Assembly: GCA_963769065.1 (NCBI GenBank)
Contig: CAVYKG010000010.1
Location: forward strand, 180,569-244,568
Source of the DNA: an uncultured Pseudomonadota bacterium
Lineage (GTDB): Bacteria; Pseudomonadota; Gammaproteobacteria; Steroidobacterales; Steroidobacteraceae
Direction of reading: 5' to 3'
DNA: 64,000 nucleotides
Every line of letters begins with the position of its first letter. The first letter of the stretch is position 1. The notes beneath the pieces were generated by a model. It was not told where the DNA came from, ran no database searches, and saw nothing but the letters and a program-made list of their open reading frames with translations. Positions 11,120-21,180 of the stretch are shown here, piece by piece. A program made the translations under genes and the position numbers.

Positions 11120-12183
11120 TGCGCCGCCCCGGTGGCCTCGGCCGCGCCGCCCTGGGCGATCTCGCGCTGCCGCCGGTTGAACGACTCGGCATACACCGAG
11201 CCCCGCGCAGCGAGCACCGGATCGCGCGATGGCGCCATGCCGGTCGGCACGATCAACGGGTCGAAATTGACGTCGCGACAGGCACCCGTCGCCTGCTCGC
11301 TCGCGCTGGCGAGCGAGACGGTGCCCGCGATCACCTGCGCGCGGCCGGCCGGCCACGGTCGCGAGGGGTCTTCGACGGCGTCGTCCGGCTCGGCGATCGT
11401 CAGCACCAGATCCCATGTCACCGGGCCACGCGCAAGACGCTCGGCCAGTTCCCGCGACAGGAACTCGGGGCCGGCGGACTTGCGTTGCTCGGCGGTCATC
11501 TCGACGACCGGCACCGTCGGCCGGAGCGTCCAGCGCACGAACCGTTCGCTGCCGTCGGTGGCGGTGAAACGGAAGGCGTGGATGCCGTTGTATTCGGTGC
11601 TGGCCCAGCTGTCGGACCACGGCGCGCTGCCCGCCCACTGCTGGAACGCGCGGAGCTCGGGATGCCGCTCGACGACGTCGGCCATGCGCGCCGGATCGGG
11701 CTTGCCGGTGACCGGGTCGGGGCGCTGCGCGGCCACCTGCTCGTAGAACGCTTCGGGCGTCGCCACGGCGAAGAACGGAAAGCTGTTCATCGCCGTGCGC
11801 CACTCCTGCCCGTCGTCGGTCCGCAGCAGCATCGCGATGCTGCGCACCCGGGCCGAGTCGTCGCCGCTGTGAGGGTCGCCGCCGGCGATCGAGATGCGCC
11901 CGAGCACCGGCGTCTCGGTCTGCGCAAACACGCGCGCCGACGACAGCGGGACCGCATCGCCGGTCGGCCGGAACGAGCCCGCGAAACAGAGGCCCTTGCT
12001 GTGCGCGCGGCGATAACCCGGCCACGACGTCGCGTTGTTGGCCTCGATCGCATCGACGACCTGTCTCGCGGTCACCCGCCCGCCGACTGCACCCGCCGCA
12101 TAGGCGAAGGCGAACGCCACCGCGATGACGATCGCGGCGATGGCGACGACGGGCAACCAGCGCGCTCGGGGTTCGGTCTGCAT
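11116..12183 (-). CDS. Catalase-related peroxidase (catalase-family haem protein)
   Basis: 'GYRRAHSKGLCFAGSFRP', 'RFVRWTL' and 'ARGSVYAESFNRRQ' are catalase-core-like motifs, preceded by an N-terminal TM/signal. Pairing with a downstream cytochrome b561 is a known arrangement. Confidence 0.8.
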   Translation of the reverse strand: MQTEPRARWLPVVAIAAIVIAVAFAFAYAAGAVGGRVTARQVVDAIEANNATSWPGYRRAHSKGLCFAGSFRPTGDAVPLSSARVFAQTETPVLGRISIAGGDPHSGDDSARVRSIAMLLRTDDGQEWRTAMNSFPFFAVATPEAFYEQVAAQRPDPVTGKPDPARMADVVERHPELRAFQQWAGSAPWSDSWASTEYNGIHAFRFTATDGSERFVRWTLRPTVPVVEMTAEQRKSAGPEFLSRELAERLARGPVTWDLVLTIAEPDDAVEDPSRPWPAGRAQVIAGTVSLASASEQATGACRDVNFDPLIVPTGMAPSRDPVLAARGSVYAESFNRRQREIAQGGAAEATGAAQ

Positions 12184-12290
12184 CGCGGAATCATATGCCC
12201 GTTCCACCGTCGCGGTACGATCGACCCGCCTCGATGCAAGGAGACGCCCATGTCCCAGATGATTCTCGTCGCTCCGCTGGTGATCGCCGC

Positions 12291-12494
12291 ATGAGCGACC
12301 GGCTCGACGATATCGAGACGAAGATCGCGTTCCTCGAACAGGCGAACGCGCAGCTCAGCGACGTCGTCTACCGGCAGCAGCAGGAACTCGACGCGCTGCG
12401 GGCGCGCATTGCGGCACTGGTCGACCGTTTCGAGACGGCACAGAGCGCGCCGACTGCCTACACGGCCGACGACGAGAAGCCGCCGCACTACTGA
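12291..12494 (+). CDS. slyX: SlyX family protein
   Basis: 67-aa coiled-coil protein, 'MSDRLDDIETKIAFLEQANAQLSDVVYRQQQELDALR...'. Confidence 0.8.
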   Translation: MSDRLDDIETKIAFLEQANAQLSDVVYRQQQELDALRARIAALVDRFETAQSAPTAYTADDEKPPHY

Positions 12495-13127
12495 TCAGTC
12501 GCCGAGTTGCCAGGCGGTCTCGACGGCGGGGATGCGACCACGCAGACCGCCGGGCACGTCGCGACGCTCGAGAACCGCGGCCGACGCCTGCGGGTACAGC
12601 AACGGCACCTCCGCGTCCTCGACGGAAAACGGCGGGCCGCTCGCTGCCCCGGCGTCGTAGGTGAGCGTGATGAGCAGCTGTCGTGCCCCCGTCGCCAGCG
12701 CGTGCAGATGCACCGCATAGGCTCGCCGCATGGTGCTCGGCAACGCAATGAGCGCCGCACGATCGTAGACGGCATCGACGTGACCGAGCTGCGCCGGGGT
12801 CAGTCCGAACAGGTCGCCGACGAACACGTCGATGCCTTCGGCGCTCCAGCACTCGAGCTTGCCCGCCCGCGTGATCGTCGGTTCGAGTCGCAGGCGCTCG
12901 AACAGCTGCCCGACCGCGAGGGGGCTCAATTCGGCGCCGGCGACGCGACAGCCGCGATCGCGCAGCCAGTCGATGTCGACCGTCTTGCCGCACATCGGCA
13001 GGAAGACCCGGCCGCCTGACGGAACACAGAGCTCGCCGAAGTGGCGCTCGAGCAGCGGATGCACCGCGGCTTCGTGGAAGGCGATCTGGTTGGTCGCCCA
13101 GCGTTCGTGCCAGAAATCCGGTTGCAT
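12495..13127 (-). CDS. tpm: Thiopurine S-methyltransferase
   Basis: 'MQPDFWHERWATNQIAFHEAAVHPLL' and 'RVFLPMCGKTVDIDWL' form the TPMT signature. Confidence 0.85.
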   Translation of the reverse strand: MQPDFWHERWATNQIAFHEAAVHPLLERHFGELCVPSGGRVFLPMCGKTVDIDWLRDRGCRVAGAELSPLAVGQLFERLRLEPTITRAGKLECWSAEGIDVFVGDLFGLTPAQLGHVDAVYDRAALIALPSTMRRAYAVHLHALATGARQLLITLTYDAGAASGPPFSVEDAEVPLLYPQASAAVLERRDVPGGLRGRIPAVETAWQLGD

Positions 13128-13211
13128 GCGCCGGAGGCTACGCCATCGCGGGCCCATCAGACATACTGCCACCACCCCGCTGCGAGACTCTGCCGCAACA
13201 AGGACATCCCG

Positions 13212-14081
13212 ATGTCAGACGTCCAGGACAATTTTCCGCCCGGCTACGAACCCGAGAAGGTCTGGCGCTGGAAACAGCCGAGCGGCGGCACGTTCGCGAG
13301 CATCAACCGGCCCGTCGCCGGCGCTACCCGCGAGAAGGAGCTGCCGGTCGGCAAGCATCCGATGCAGCTCTACTCCCTCGCGACGCCGAACGGTGTCAAG
13401 GTGACGATCCTGCTCGAAGAGCTGCTCGCGCTCGGTCACACCGGCGCCGAGTACGACGCGTGGCTCATCCGGATCAACGAGGGCGACCAGTTCGGCAGCG
13501 GCTTCGTCGCCGTCAATCCGAACTCGAAGATCCCCGCGCTGATGGACCGCAGCGGCGCATCGCCCCTGCGCGTATTCGAGTCGGGCGCGATTTTGCTCCA
13601 CCTTGCGGAAAAGTTCGGCGCCTTCCTGCCGAACGATGCGGCCGGCCGCGCCGAATGCCTCGCGTGGCTCTTCTGGCAGGTAGGCAGCGCGCCGTACCTC
13701 GGCGGCGGTTTCGGCCACTTCTACGTCTATGCGCCGATCAAGATCGAATACGCCATCGACCGCTTCGCGATGGAAGCGAAGCGGCAGCTCGATGTGCTCG
13801 ACCGGCACCTCGCGGAGCATCGGTATCTCGCGGGCAGCGAGTACTCCATCGCCGACATGGCAGTGTGGCCCTGGTACGGCACCCTGGTTCTCGGCCAGGT
13901 GTACGGCGCGGCCGAATATCTCGCCGTGCATGAGTACTCGAACGTCCTGCGCTGGGCCACGGAACTCGCGGCTCGCCCGGCGGTGCAACGCGGGCGTCGG
14001 GTCAACCGCGTGATGGGTGATCCGGCCGAACAGCTCGCCGAGCGGCATGACGCACGGGACTTCGACGCGCCCGCAAGCTGA
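13212..14081 (+). CDS. yghU: Glutathione S-transferase, YghU-like (Nu class)
   Basis: 'HPMQLYSLATPNGVKVTILLEE', 'INEGDQFGSGFVAVNPNSKIPAL' and 'FESGAILLHLAEKFG'. Confidence 0.85.
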   Translation: MSDVQDNFPPGYEPEKVWRWKQPSGGTFASINRPVAGATREKELPVGKHPMQLYSLATPNGVKVTILLEELLALGHTGAEYDAWLIRINEGDQFGSGFVAVNPNSKIPALMDRSGASPLRVFESGAILLHLAEKFGAFLPNDAAGRAECLAWLFWQVGSAPYLGGGFGHFYVYAPIKIEYAIDRFAMEAKRQLDVLDRHLAEHRYLAGSEYSIADMAVWPWYGTLVLGQVYGAAEYLAVHEYSNVLRWATELAARPAVQRGRRVNRVMGDPAEQLAERHDARDFDAPAS

Positions 14082-14089
14082 CCGCTGTA

Positions 14090-15430
14090 TTGGACGGGCT
14101 TCCGAAACCGCAGCGCTACTGGTCGGCGATCGCGATATGGCTCGCCATCTCGATGTCGGTGCTCGACAGTTCGATTGCGAACGTCGCGTTGCCGACCATC
14201 GCGCAGAAGCTGAATGCCGAGCCGTCGACGTCGATCTGGATCATCAACGCCTACCAGCTCGCGATCACGATGCTGCTGCTGCCGCTCGCGGCGCTCGGCG
14301 ACCGCATCGGCTATCGCCGCGTGTATTTGCCCGGTCTCCTGCTGTTCGTCCTGGGCTCGCTGGCCTGCGCGCTGGCGGGCAGCCTCACCCTGCTGATCGC
14401 CGCCCGCATGTTCCAGGGCATTGGCGCGGCGGCCGTCATGAGCATGAACGCGGCGATGGTGCGGGCTACTTACCCGCTGACGATGCTCGGGCGAGGTATC
14501 GGCTACAACGCACTCGTGCTGTCGCTGTCGGCGGCCGCCGGTCCGACGATTGCCGCCGGCATCCTGCAGGTCGCGCCGTGGCCGTGGCTGTTCGCGATCA
14601 ACGTGCCGGTCGGTCTCGCCGCCTTCGCCATCGGCGTGCGTGCGCTGCCTCGCGTCGCCGGTCATGGTCGGAAGGCCAACTACCCCTCGGCGGCGCTCAG
14701 CGCGGTGACGCTCGGCAGCCTCGTCTACGGGGCGGAGTCGATGGCGCGGGGTGATCCGAGCATCGGCGCGCCACTGCTCGCCCTCGCGGCGGTCGCGGGA
14801 ACGGTGCTGGTCCGCCGCGAGCGCACCCGACCCGCGCCGCTGCTGCCGCTCGACCTGCTGCGCATTCCGGTCTTCGCGCTGTCGATCGGCACGTCCATCA
14901 CGTCGTTCGCGGCGCAGATGCTCGCGTTCGTCACGCTGCCTTTCCTGTTGCAGAGCGTGCTCGGCCGCAACGTGCTCGAGACCGGGCTGCTGATGAGCCT
15001 GTGGCCGATCTCGATCGCCGTGGCGGCGCCGGTCGCGGGACGACTGTCGGACCGCTATCCGGCCGGGCTACTCGGAGGCATCGGGCTTGCGACCTTCTCG
15101 GTCGGGCTGCTGTCGCTGTCGCTGCTCGGCGAGCACCCGGATACCGTCCATCTGCTGTGGCCGATGGCCCTGTGCGGGGCGGGGTTCGGGTTCTTCCAGT
15201 CACCCAACAATCGCGTGCTGGTCAGTTCGGCGCCGCGCGAACGATCGGGTGCGGCCGGCGGGATGCTCGCGACCGCGCGACTGCTCGGTCAGACGACCGG
15301 CGCGGTGACCGTGGCGGTGGGCTTCCACTGGATGGGCGTGGGCTCGTCGCCGATGCTGCTGCGGATCGCCGCCGCCGCGGCCGCAATCGCCGCGATGATC
15401 AGCCTGCTCCGGCTGCGGCTCGGGCGCTGA
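14090..15430 (+). CDS. MFS transporter (drug:H+ antiporter-like)
   Basis: 446-aa ORF containing 'SVLDSSIANVALPTIA' and 'LGDRIGYRRVY' MFS motifs. Confidence 0.8.
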   Translation: MDGLPKPQRYWSAIAIWLAISMSVLDSSIANVALPTIAQKLNAEPSTSIWIINAYQLAITMLLLPLAALGDRIGYRRVYLPGLLLFVLGSLACALAGSLTLLIAARMFQGIGAAAVMSMNAAMVRATYPLTMLGRGIGYNALVLSLSAAAGPTIAAGILQVAPWPWLFAINVPVGLAAFAIGVRALPRVAGHGRKANYPSAALSAVTLGSLVYGAESMARGDPSIGAPLLALAAVAGTVLVRRERTRPAPLLPLDLLRIPVFALSIGTSITSFAAQMLAFVTLPFLLQSVLGRNVLETGLLMSLWPISIAVAAPVAGRLSDRYPAGLLGGIGLATFSVGLLSLSLLGEHPDTVHLLWPMALCGAGFGFFQSPNNRVLVSSAPRERSGAAGGMLATARLLGQTTGAVTVAVGFHWMGVGSSPMLLRIAAAAAAIAAMISLLRLRLGR

Positions 15431-15438
15431 TCGCGCGT

Positions 15439-17041
15439 TCAGGTCGCTTTCGCGGAGAGCGCCGCGAGTTCCTCGAGATCGAGGTCGCGCTCCAGCTCGT
15501 GCAGCGTGCGGTCGTCGATCTCGCCCGGCGCGATGCAGCCGCAGCAGCTCCGCGCGGCCGGCCGCGACGGCCTCCAGCACCAGGTCGAAATGTGCCTGCA
15601 GCCGCGGCTGGTACTGCGCCTTCGTTGCCGGCGTAGTTCGCCGATGCCTGCGCGCGCCGGCGATAGCGCTCGAGCAGTTGCGGATGGATCAGCGTGCCGT
15701 CGGCCGCGTAGGCCCGCCGCTCGATGACCTTGCACCTGCGCCTGCGCCATCGCGGCCTCTGCCTGCGACATGCTCAGACGCGCGCGGCGTGCGCCGCGCC
15801 TCGGGCGGTCGCACCCAGCGGATGACCGCGGCCGAGCGTCGTGCCCTGGATGAGCACGGTGACCAGGATCACCGCGAACGCCGCGACCAGCATGAAGTCG
15901 CGGCCCGGCAGCGTCGGCGGGCACGCTCAGCGCGACGGCCAGCGTGACGACGCCGCGCATGCCGGCCCAGCTGAGCACCGTCGACGCACGCCAGCCCATC
16001 GGTCTCGAAGCGTCGCCAGCCGAGGGCGCGACGCAGCGCGATGATCGCCGTCGCAGGCGAAGATCCAGGCGAAGCGCGCCAGCGTCAGCGCCAGCAGGAT
16101 CCACAGGATGGGCACGGTCATCTGCTCGACCACCACGCCGAAGCCGCCGACGCGATCGATGACGTCGCGCAGCGACGAGCCGATCAGCATGAACACGCTG
16201 GCTTCGAGCAGGAAGATCAGCACGTTCCAGAACGACGTGCCGCGCAGCCGGATGGCCGCCGAGAACACCGACGTGCTGGTACCAGCCGCAGATGAGGCCC
16301 GCGACCACCGTGGCGATGACGCCCGACACGTGCAGCATCTCGGCCAAGATGTAGGCGGCCCAGCACAGCAGCACCGAGGAGGCGATGACGAGGTATTCGT
16401 CGCGCAGCCGTCGCGACGACGAAGACCCAGGCTGCGCCGCGTGGCGACGCCGACCAGCCGCGCCGCCCAGCGCGAGCAGCGCGAAGCTGCCGAGCGCGTC
16501 CGCGACGCTGAAGGTGCCGGTGACCGCCGCGGCCACCGCGAAGCGGAACAGCACCAGGCCGGTGGCATCGTTCAGCAGGCTCTCGCCTTCGAGCAGGATG
16601 GACAGCCGCTGCGGCAGGTGCACCCGCTGCAGCACGGCGCGCGCCGACGATCGCATCGGGCGGCGAGACGATGGCGCCCAGCGCCGCGCACGCCGCCCAC
16701 GGCAGCGACGGCAACAGCCAGTGCGTCACCACCGCGACCACCACGGTGGTGAACACCACCGCGCCGATCGCCAGCGACAGGATGCCGATGAGGTGCCGGC
16801 GCAGGTGGCGCAGTGGGATGAACCAGGCGCCATCCATCAGCAGCGGCGGCAGGAAGATGACGAGCACCAGCTCCGGATCGAGCGAGATGAGCGGCAGACC
16901 CGGCATGAAGGCGAGCGCCGCGCCGCCGATGATCAGCGCGACCGCCGGCGGCAGACGCAGCCGGTGGGCGAGGTAGTGCAGCGCGATGACCGCGAACAGC
17001 ATCGCGATCAGCAGTTCGAACAGTGCGGTCGCGTGCATCAA
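15439..17041 (-). pseudogene. CPA1-family Na+/H+ antiporter (YjcE/NhaP-like), multiply frameshifted
   Basis: Homologous segments alternate among three frames. Examples: 'MMHATALFELLIAMLF...GAIVSPPDA' (ORF 16217..17041), 'LPQRLSILLEGESLLNDATGLVLFRFA' and 'DEYLVIASSVLLCWAAYILAEMLHVSGVIATVVAGL' (ORF 15439..16656), and 'SFWNVLIFLLEASVFMLIGSSL' (ORF 15927..16568). By hand I count at least 8 frame changes. Length is 3n+1. Confidence 0.8.
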
Positions 17042-17979
17042 CGGGCCGGCAGCGCGTCCCAGAACCGCTCCATCCGCCCGCGCATCGCGGCATCCGGCAG
17101 CCGGCCGCGCCCGGCCGCCTGGTTGTCGCGCAGGTGATCGACGTTCGTCGTACCCGGGATCACCGCGGTGATGGCCGGGTGGGACAGGTTGTACTTCAGC
17201 AGGAACTGCGCCCAGGAGCGCGCCCCGAAGTCGGCTGCGAAATCGGGCAGCGGCACATTCGCGACGCGCGGGAACAGGCTTGCATTGCGCCCGCCGAGCG
17301 GCATGTTGTTCAGCACTGCGATGCCCCGTTCAGCCGCGAGCGGCAGCAGGTCTGCCGCGGCGGCGCGGTTCGCGATCGAGTAGTCGACCTGCACGAAGTC
17401 GAGCCGGTGACGCCGCATCACCTCGAGGAACTGCTGGTGCTGCCGGGGCGAGGCGGTGGTTGCGCCGATGTACCGGATGCGCGTGTCCTGCTGGTATTCG
17501 CGCAGCAGCGGCATGACGTCGTCGAAGCGCACGAGACTGTGGACCTGCGCGAGGTCTATGACGGGGACGCGAAGGTCGGCGAACGACTGGTCGATGAGCT
17601 GGCGCGTGATGGCCGCATCGGCCTGCGGCGCCGAGACGGGCTTGGTCGCGAGGAAGAAGCGCTGGCGGTTGCCGAGCTCGGCGACCAGCTGGCCGATGAC
17701 CTTCTCGGACCGTCCGTAGCCCCGCGCCGAGTCGACGACACTGCCACCGAGAGCCGGCATTGCGCGCAGCACCTCGCGCAGCGGCGCGAGCGCTTGGGGT
17801 GCTTCGACATCGAACGCATTCGTGCCGATGCCGACCACGGGTAATTTCTCGCCGGTCGATGGCACGGTGCGCAGCAAGGGTTCGCCCGCGTCGTCGGTCG
17901 CCGCCGGCAACCGCGCAGCGCGGGCTGCGGCAGCCACGCCGAGTGCGGCGCGAAGCATCGATCGGCGTGAGATTTCCAT
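17038..17979 (-). CDS. Aldo/keto reductase with Tat-type signal
   Basis: 'MEISRRSMLRAALGVAAAA' has a twin-arginine motif, and the AKR core is continuous. Its stop overlaps the antiporter start by 4 nt. Confidence 0.8.
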   Translation of the reverse strand: MEISRRSMLRAALGVAAAARAARLPAATDDAGEPLLRTVPSTGEKLPVVGIGTNAFDVEAPQALAPLREVLRAMPALGGSVVDSARGYGRSEKVIGQLVAELGNRQRFFLATKPVSAPQADAAITRQLIDQSFADLRVPVIDLAQVHSLVRFDDVMPLLREYQQDTRIRYIGATTASPRQHQQFLEVMRRHRLDFVQVDYSIANRAAAADLLPLAAERGIAVLNNMPLGGRNASLFPRVANVPLPDFAADFGARSWAQFLLKYNLSHPAITAVIPGTTNVDHLRDNQAAGRGRLPDAAMRGRMERFWDALPAR

Positions 17980-18027
17980 CGGTCCCTCCGCGCAACAGCA
18001 TACCGTCACCGGCGTTACACTGGCGGC

Positions 18028-18861
18028 ATGAAAACGCTAGCAACCAGCAAGTCCTTCGGCGGAATGCAGTCGGTCCACACGCATGCCTCCGAGGCCTGCG
18101 CCTGTGACATGACCTTCGCGGTCTTCCTGCCCCCCCAGGCCGAGGCCGGCAAGGTACCGGTGCTGTGGTACCTGTCCGGCCTCACCTGCACGCATCAGAA
18201 CGTCATGGACAAGGGCGAATATCGGCGCGCGGCAGCGGAGCTCGGCGTCGCGATCGTCTGTCCCGACACCAGCCCGCGCGGCGCCGAGGTTCCCGACGAA
18301 AAGGACAACTGGCAGTTCGGCCAGGGCGCCGGGTTCTACGTCGACGCGACCGAGGCACCCTTCGCACGCAACTACCGCATGCAGCATTACGTGCTGAACG
18401 AGCTGCCGTCGCTGGTGGCCGCAATGGCGCCGATCGATCTCGACCGGCAGGGCATCTTCGGTCACTCGATGGGTGGGCACGGCGCCCTCACGCTCGCGTT
18501 GAAGAACCCGGGCCGCTTCGGTTCCGTGTCCGCGTTCGCACCGATCGTGCACCCGTCGACCGCGGACTGGTCGAAACCCGCGCTGACGAAATACCTCGGG
18601 ACCAACGAACAGGCATGGCGTGCCTACGACGCCGTCAGCCTGATCGAGGACGGTCATCGCGTGAACGAGCTGCTGGTCGATCAGGGCACTGCCGACTCGT
18701 TCCTCGACAGTGGTCTGCGGCCCTGGCTGCTGACCGACGCATGCGCGAAGGCCGGCATCGCGCTGACGCTGAACATGCGCGAGGGATACGACCACTCGTA
18801 CCACTTCATCTCGACGTTCATGGCGGACCACATCGCGTGGCACGCCGCGCGCCTGCGTTGA
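18028..18861 (+). CDS. fghA: S-formylglutathione hydrolase (esterase D)
   Basis: 'PVLWYLSGLTCTHQN', the 'GHSMGGHGAL' nucleophile elbow and 'GYDHSYHFI'. Confidence 0.9.
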   Translation: MKTLATSKSFGGMQSVHTHASEACACDMTFAVFLPPQAEAGKVPVLWYLSGLTCTHQNVMDKGEYRRAAAELGVAIVCPDTSPRGAEVPDEKDNWQFGQGAGFYVDATEAPFARNYRMQHYVLNELPSLVAAMAPIDLDRQGIFGHSMGGHGALTLALKNPGRFGSVSAFAPIVHPSTADWSKPALTKYLGTNEQAWRAYDAVSLIEDGHRVNELLVDQGTADSFLDSGLRPWLLTDACAKAGIALTLNMREGYDHSYHFISTFMADHIAWHAARLR

Positions 18862-18862
18862 T

Positions 18863-19693
18863 TCACCGGACGATGCTGAGCAGCTCGGCGATGTTGCCTA
18901 GAATGCGGTGCGGCCTTCGCAGGCCGCGCTCTTTGGCCCAGCCTTTCGCATCGAGCACGCCGGTCGTCACCCCGAACGCCGTGGCGCCGAGGCGCCGAGC
19001 CATCACCGTCTCGACGCCCGGGTCATCGCCCACCACGCCGACCTCGCGCGGACGCACGCCGAGCCGGCGCGCGACGAAACGCAGCGCATGCAGCGAGGGC
19101 TTGCCGGTGAGGATCATCGGTGCCCTGGTCATGTGCCGGATCGCGCCGACGATCGCGCTCGAGTAACCCATCGTCCGCCCGTGCCGCGTCGCGAAGAACG
19201 GCACGTTCGATGCGACGTACAGTCGCGCGCCGGCCCAGACGGCCTGGCAAGCCGCCTCGATATCGCGCATGTGGCAGTCGGGGTGCCAGCCGACGTAGAC
19301 CGCGTCGACGCGGGCTGCGTCCTTGTCGCCCGGGAACACGATGTCGATGCCGGCCTGCTCGAGCGCGTAGCCGACGCCTCGCTCACCGAGTATCAGTGTC
19401 CGCTCGATGCCACCGCGACTCATGACTTCCGCCGTCACGCTGGAGGGCGTGAGCATCTCGGTGTCGGCCACATCGAGACCGATGTCGCGCAGCTTCGCTG
19501 CCTGCTGCGCAGGCGGGTAGGCACTGCCGTTGGTCAGTACGACGTACGGAACGCCGCGCTCGCGCAGCCGCTTCAGGACGTCGATCGCGCCCGGCAGTAC
19601 CTGGTAACCACCGAGCGACTTGTCGCTGAGCAACAGCGTTCCATCGAGATCGAACATGAAGCCCTTGATGGGCGGCAGCCGGACGGCGGACAT
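18863..19693 (-). CDS. HAD-IIA family hydrolase (NagD/phosphatase-like)
   Basis: 'GFMFDLDGTLLL' (motif I DxDGT) and 'GKPS...VGDD' motifs. ATG at 19693. This is the last gene of the carboxylase operon. Confidence 0.8.
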   Translation of the reverse strand: MSAVRLPPIKGFMFDLDGTLLLSDKSLGGYQVLPGAIDVLKRLRERGVPYVVLTNGSAYPPAQQAAKLRDIGLDVADTEMLTPSSVTAEVMSRGGIERTLILGERGVGYALEQAGIDIVFPGDKDAARVDAVYVGWHPDCHMRDIEAACQAVWAGARLYVASNVPFFATRHGRTMGYSSAIVGAIRHMTRAPMILTGKPSLHALRFVARRLGVRPREVGVVGDDPGVETVMARRLGATAFGVTTGVLDAKGWAKERGLRRPHRILGNIAELLSIVR

Positions 19694-19710
19694 GCGATTC
19701 CTTTGTCTCT

Positions 19711-21180
19711 TCAGTTCGAATGGCGGCGCAGGGTCAGCCGGAAGCCCGGCTTCTGCACCGAGATCTCGTCGATGTCGCGCCGGTCCACGAGGCCACGCAG
19801 CAACTGCAGCGCCGGGCGCAGCCGCGGATCGTAGCTGCGAGGCGCGGGCCCCGCCGCGCGCATCGCGTCGACCTGCCCTGCGGGCATGGTCGCGCGCAGC
19901 AGGAACTCCTCGTCCGAGTACTGCAGGCCGATGCGCCGACGCAATTCGGCCAGCGGCGCCATGTCGGGCTCCGCGGCAAGCTCGCGCGTGCGCGGCAGCG
20001 AGTGCAGACGGTCGAGCACGGCCGGGTCGATCGGCACGTTGGGGCGACCGAAGCGTCCGAGCGCGTAGCGGATGATCTCGTCGGGGAACATCGCGTAGCG
20101 TTCCTTGCCCGTCACGTTCATCACCGCCTGGGTCAGCAGCATCTGCGCGAACGGCGTCATGACGATGGGCCAGCCGAGTTCCTGCCGCACGCGGCCGAGT
20201 TCGTCGATCACCGCGCTCTCGAGATGACCGAGGCGGTTCTCGGCCAGCTGTCGTCGCATCGTGCCGATCATGCCGCCGGGCAGCTGGTGGTGCAGATAGG
20301 CCGCGTCGAACGCCTGCGGCCGACCGACCGGCAAGCCCTCGGCCGCCGCCAGCGCATCGAAATACGCGCTCACCCGCCTCTGGGCATCGAGGTCGATGTC
20401 GACGGCCTGACCGAGCGCGCGCAGGTTCGTGACGACGCGCTCGGCCGGCGGGTTGGACGTGCCGTCCCCTGCCGCGCCGGAAGCGCACTGGAGTGCGGCG
20501 ATGCCGTAGTCGACGGCATCGAGATAGACGTCTTCGGCCTGGCCGATCGTGCTGTGCGCGTGCAGCTCGAGCGGCTTGTCGCCAACCACCGCGCGAATTG
20601 CGGGCAGCAGGCGGCGCGCTCGCGCAGGCGTCAGCAGTCCGCCCGGATCCTTGACGTACAAGGCATCCACATCGGGACAGGCGGCCAGCTTGCGCGCGCA
20701 GGCGACGTAGTGGGCATCGTCGTGCACGGGGCTCAGCGTGTAGACCAGCGCCGCGATCACGTAGTCGCCGCCGGCCTGCTTGACCATCCTCGCGCAGGCG
20801 ATGTTCGCATCCGCATCGTTGGAGGGGTCTGCGAGGCAGAAACGCCGGATGCCGTTGCGGGCGAGCGTAGCGAAGGCGAGCGACATGAACTCGGGGCTGG
20901 CCGTTTCCCAGGAAATGAAACGGAACCCGGTCGACATGAACTGCAGCGGCGTGCGCGGCGTCGCCTCGGCCATCAACCGGATGCGCTCCCACGGATCCTC
21001 GCGCTTGTAACGCACGGCGACGCCCATGTGCGTCGAAGTGGTGAAATCGATGGCGCGATAGCCGACCGAGTCCATCACCGGCGCGATCGCCAGCGTGCGC
21101 GCGGTGTCGACTCCGAGTGCAGCCCACAGGCTCTGGTTGCCGTCGCGCAGCGACGTCTCGACGATCTGCAGCTGAGCCAT
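19711..21180 (-). CDS. Carboxyltransferase subunit (pyruvate carboxylase B / oxaloacetate decarboxylase alpha-like, no biotinyl domain)
   Basis: 'MAQLQIVETSLRDGNQSLWA' and 'LELHAHSTIGQAEDVYLDAVDYG' are HMGL-like TIM-barrel motifs. The 489 aa are uninterrupted. The ATG shares its A with the upstream TGA (TGATG). Confidence 0.8.
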   Translation of the reverse strand: MAQLQIVETSLRDGNQSLWAALGVDTARTLAIAPVMDSVGYRAIDFTTSTHMGVAVRYKREDPWERIRLMAEATPRTPLQFMSTGFRFISWETASPEFMSLAFATLARNGIRRFCLADPSNDADANIACARMVKQAGGDYVIAALVYTLSPVHDDAHYVACARKLAACPDVDALYVKDPGGLLTPARARRLLPAIRAVVGDKPLELHAHSTIGQAEDVYLDAVDYGIAALQCASGAAGDGTSNPPAERVVTNLRALGQAVDIDLDAQRRVSAYFDALAAAEGLPVGRPQAFDAAYLHHQLPGGMIGTMRRQLAENRLGHLESAVIDELGRVRQELGWPIVMTPFAQMLLTQAVMNVTGKERYAMFPDEIIRYALGRFGRPNVPIDPAVLDRLHSLPRTRELAAEPDMAPLAELRRRIGLQYSDEEFLLRATMPAGQVDAMRAAGPAPRSYDPRLRPALQLLRGLVDRRDIDEISVQKPGFRLTLRRHSN

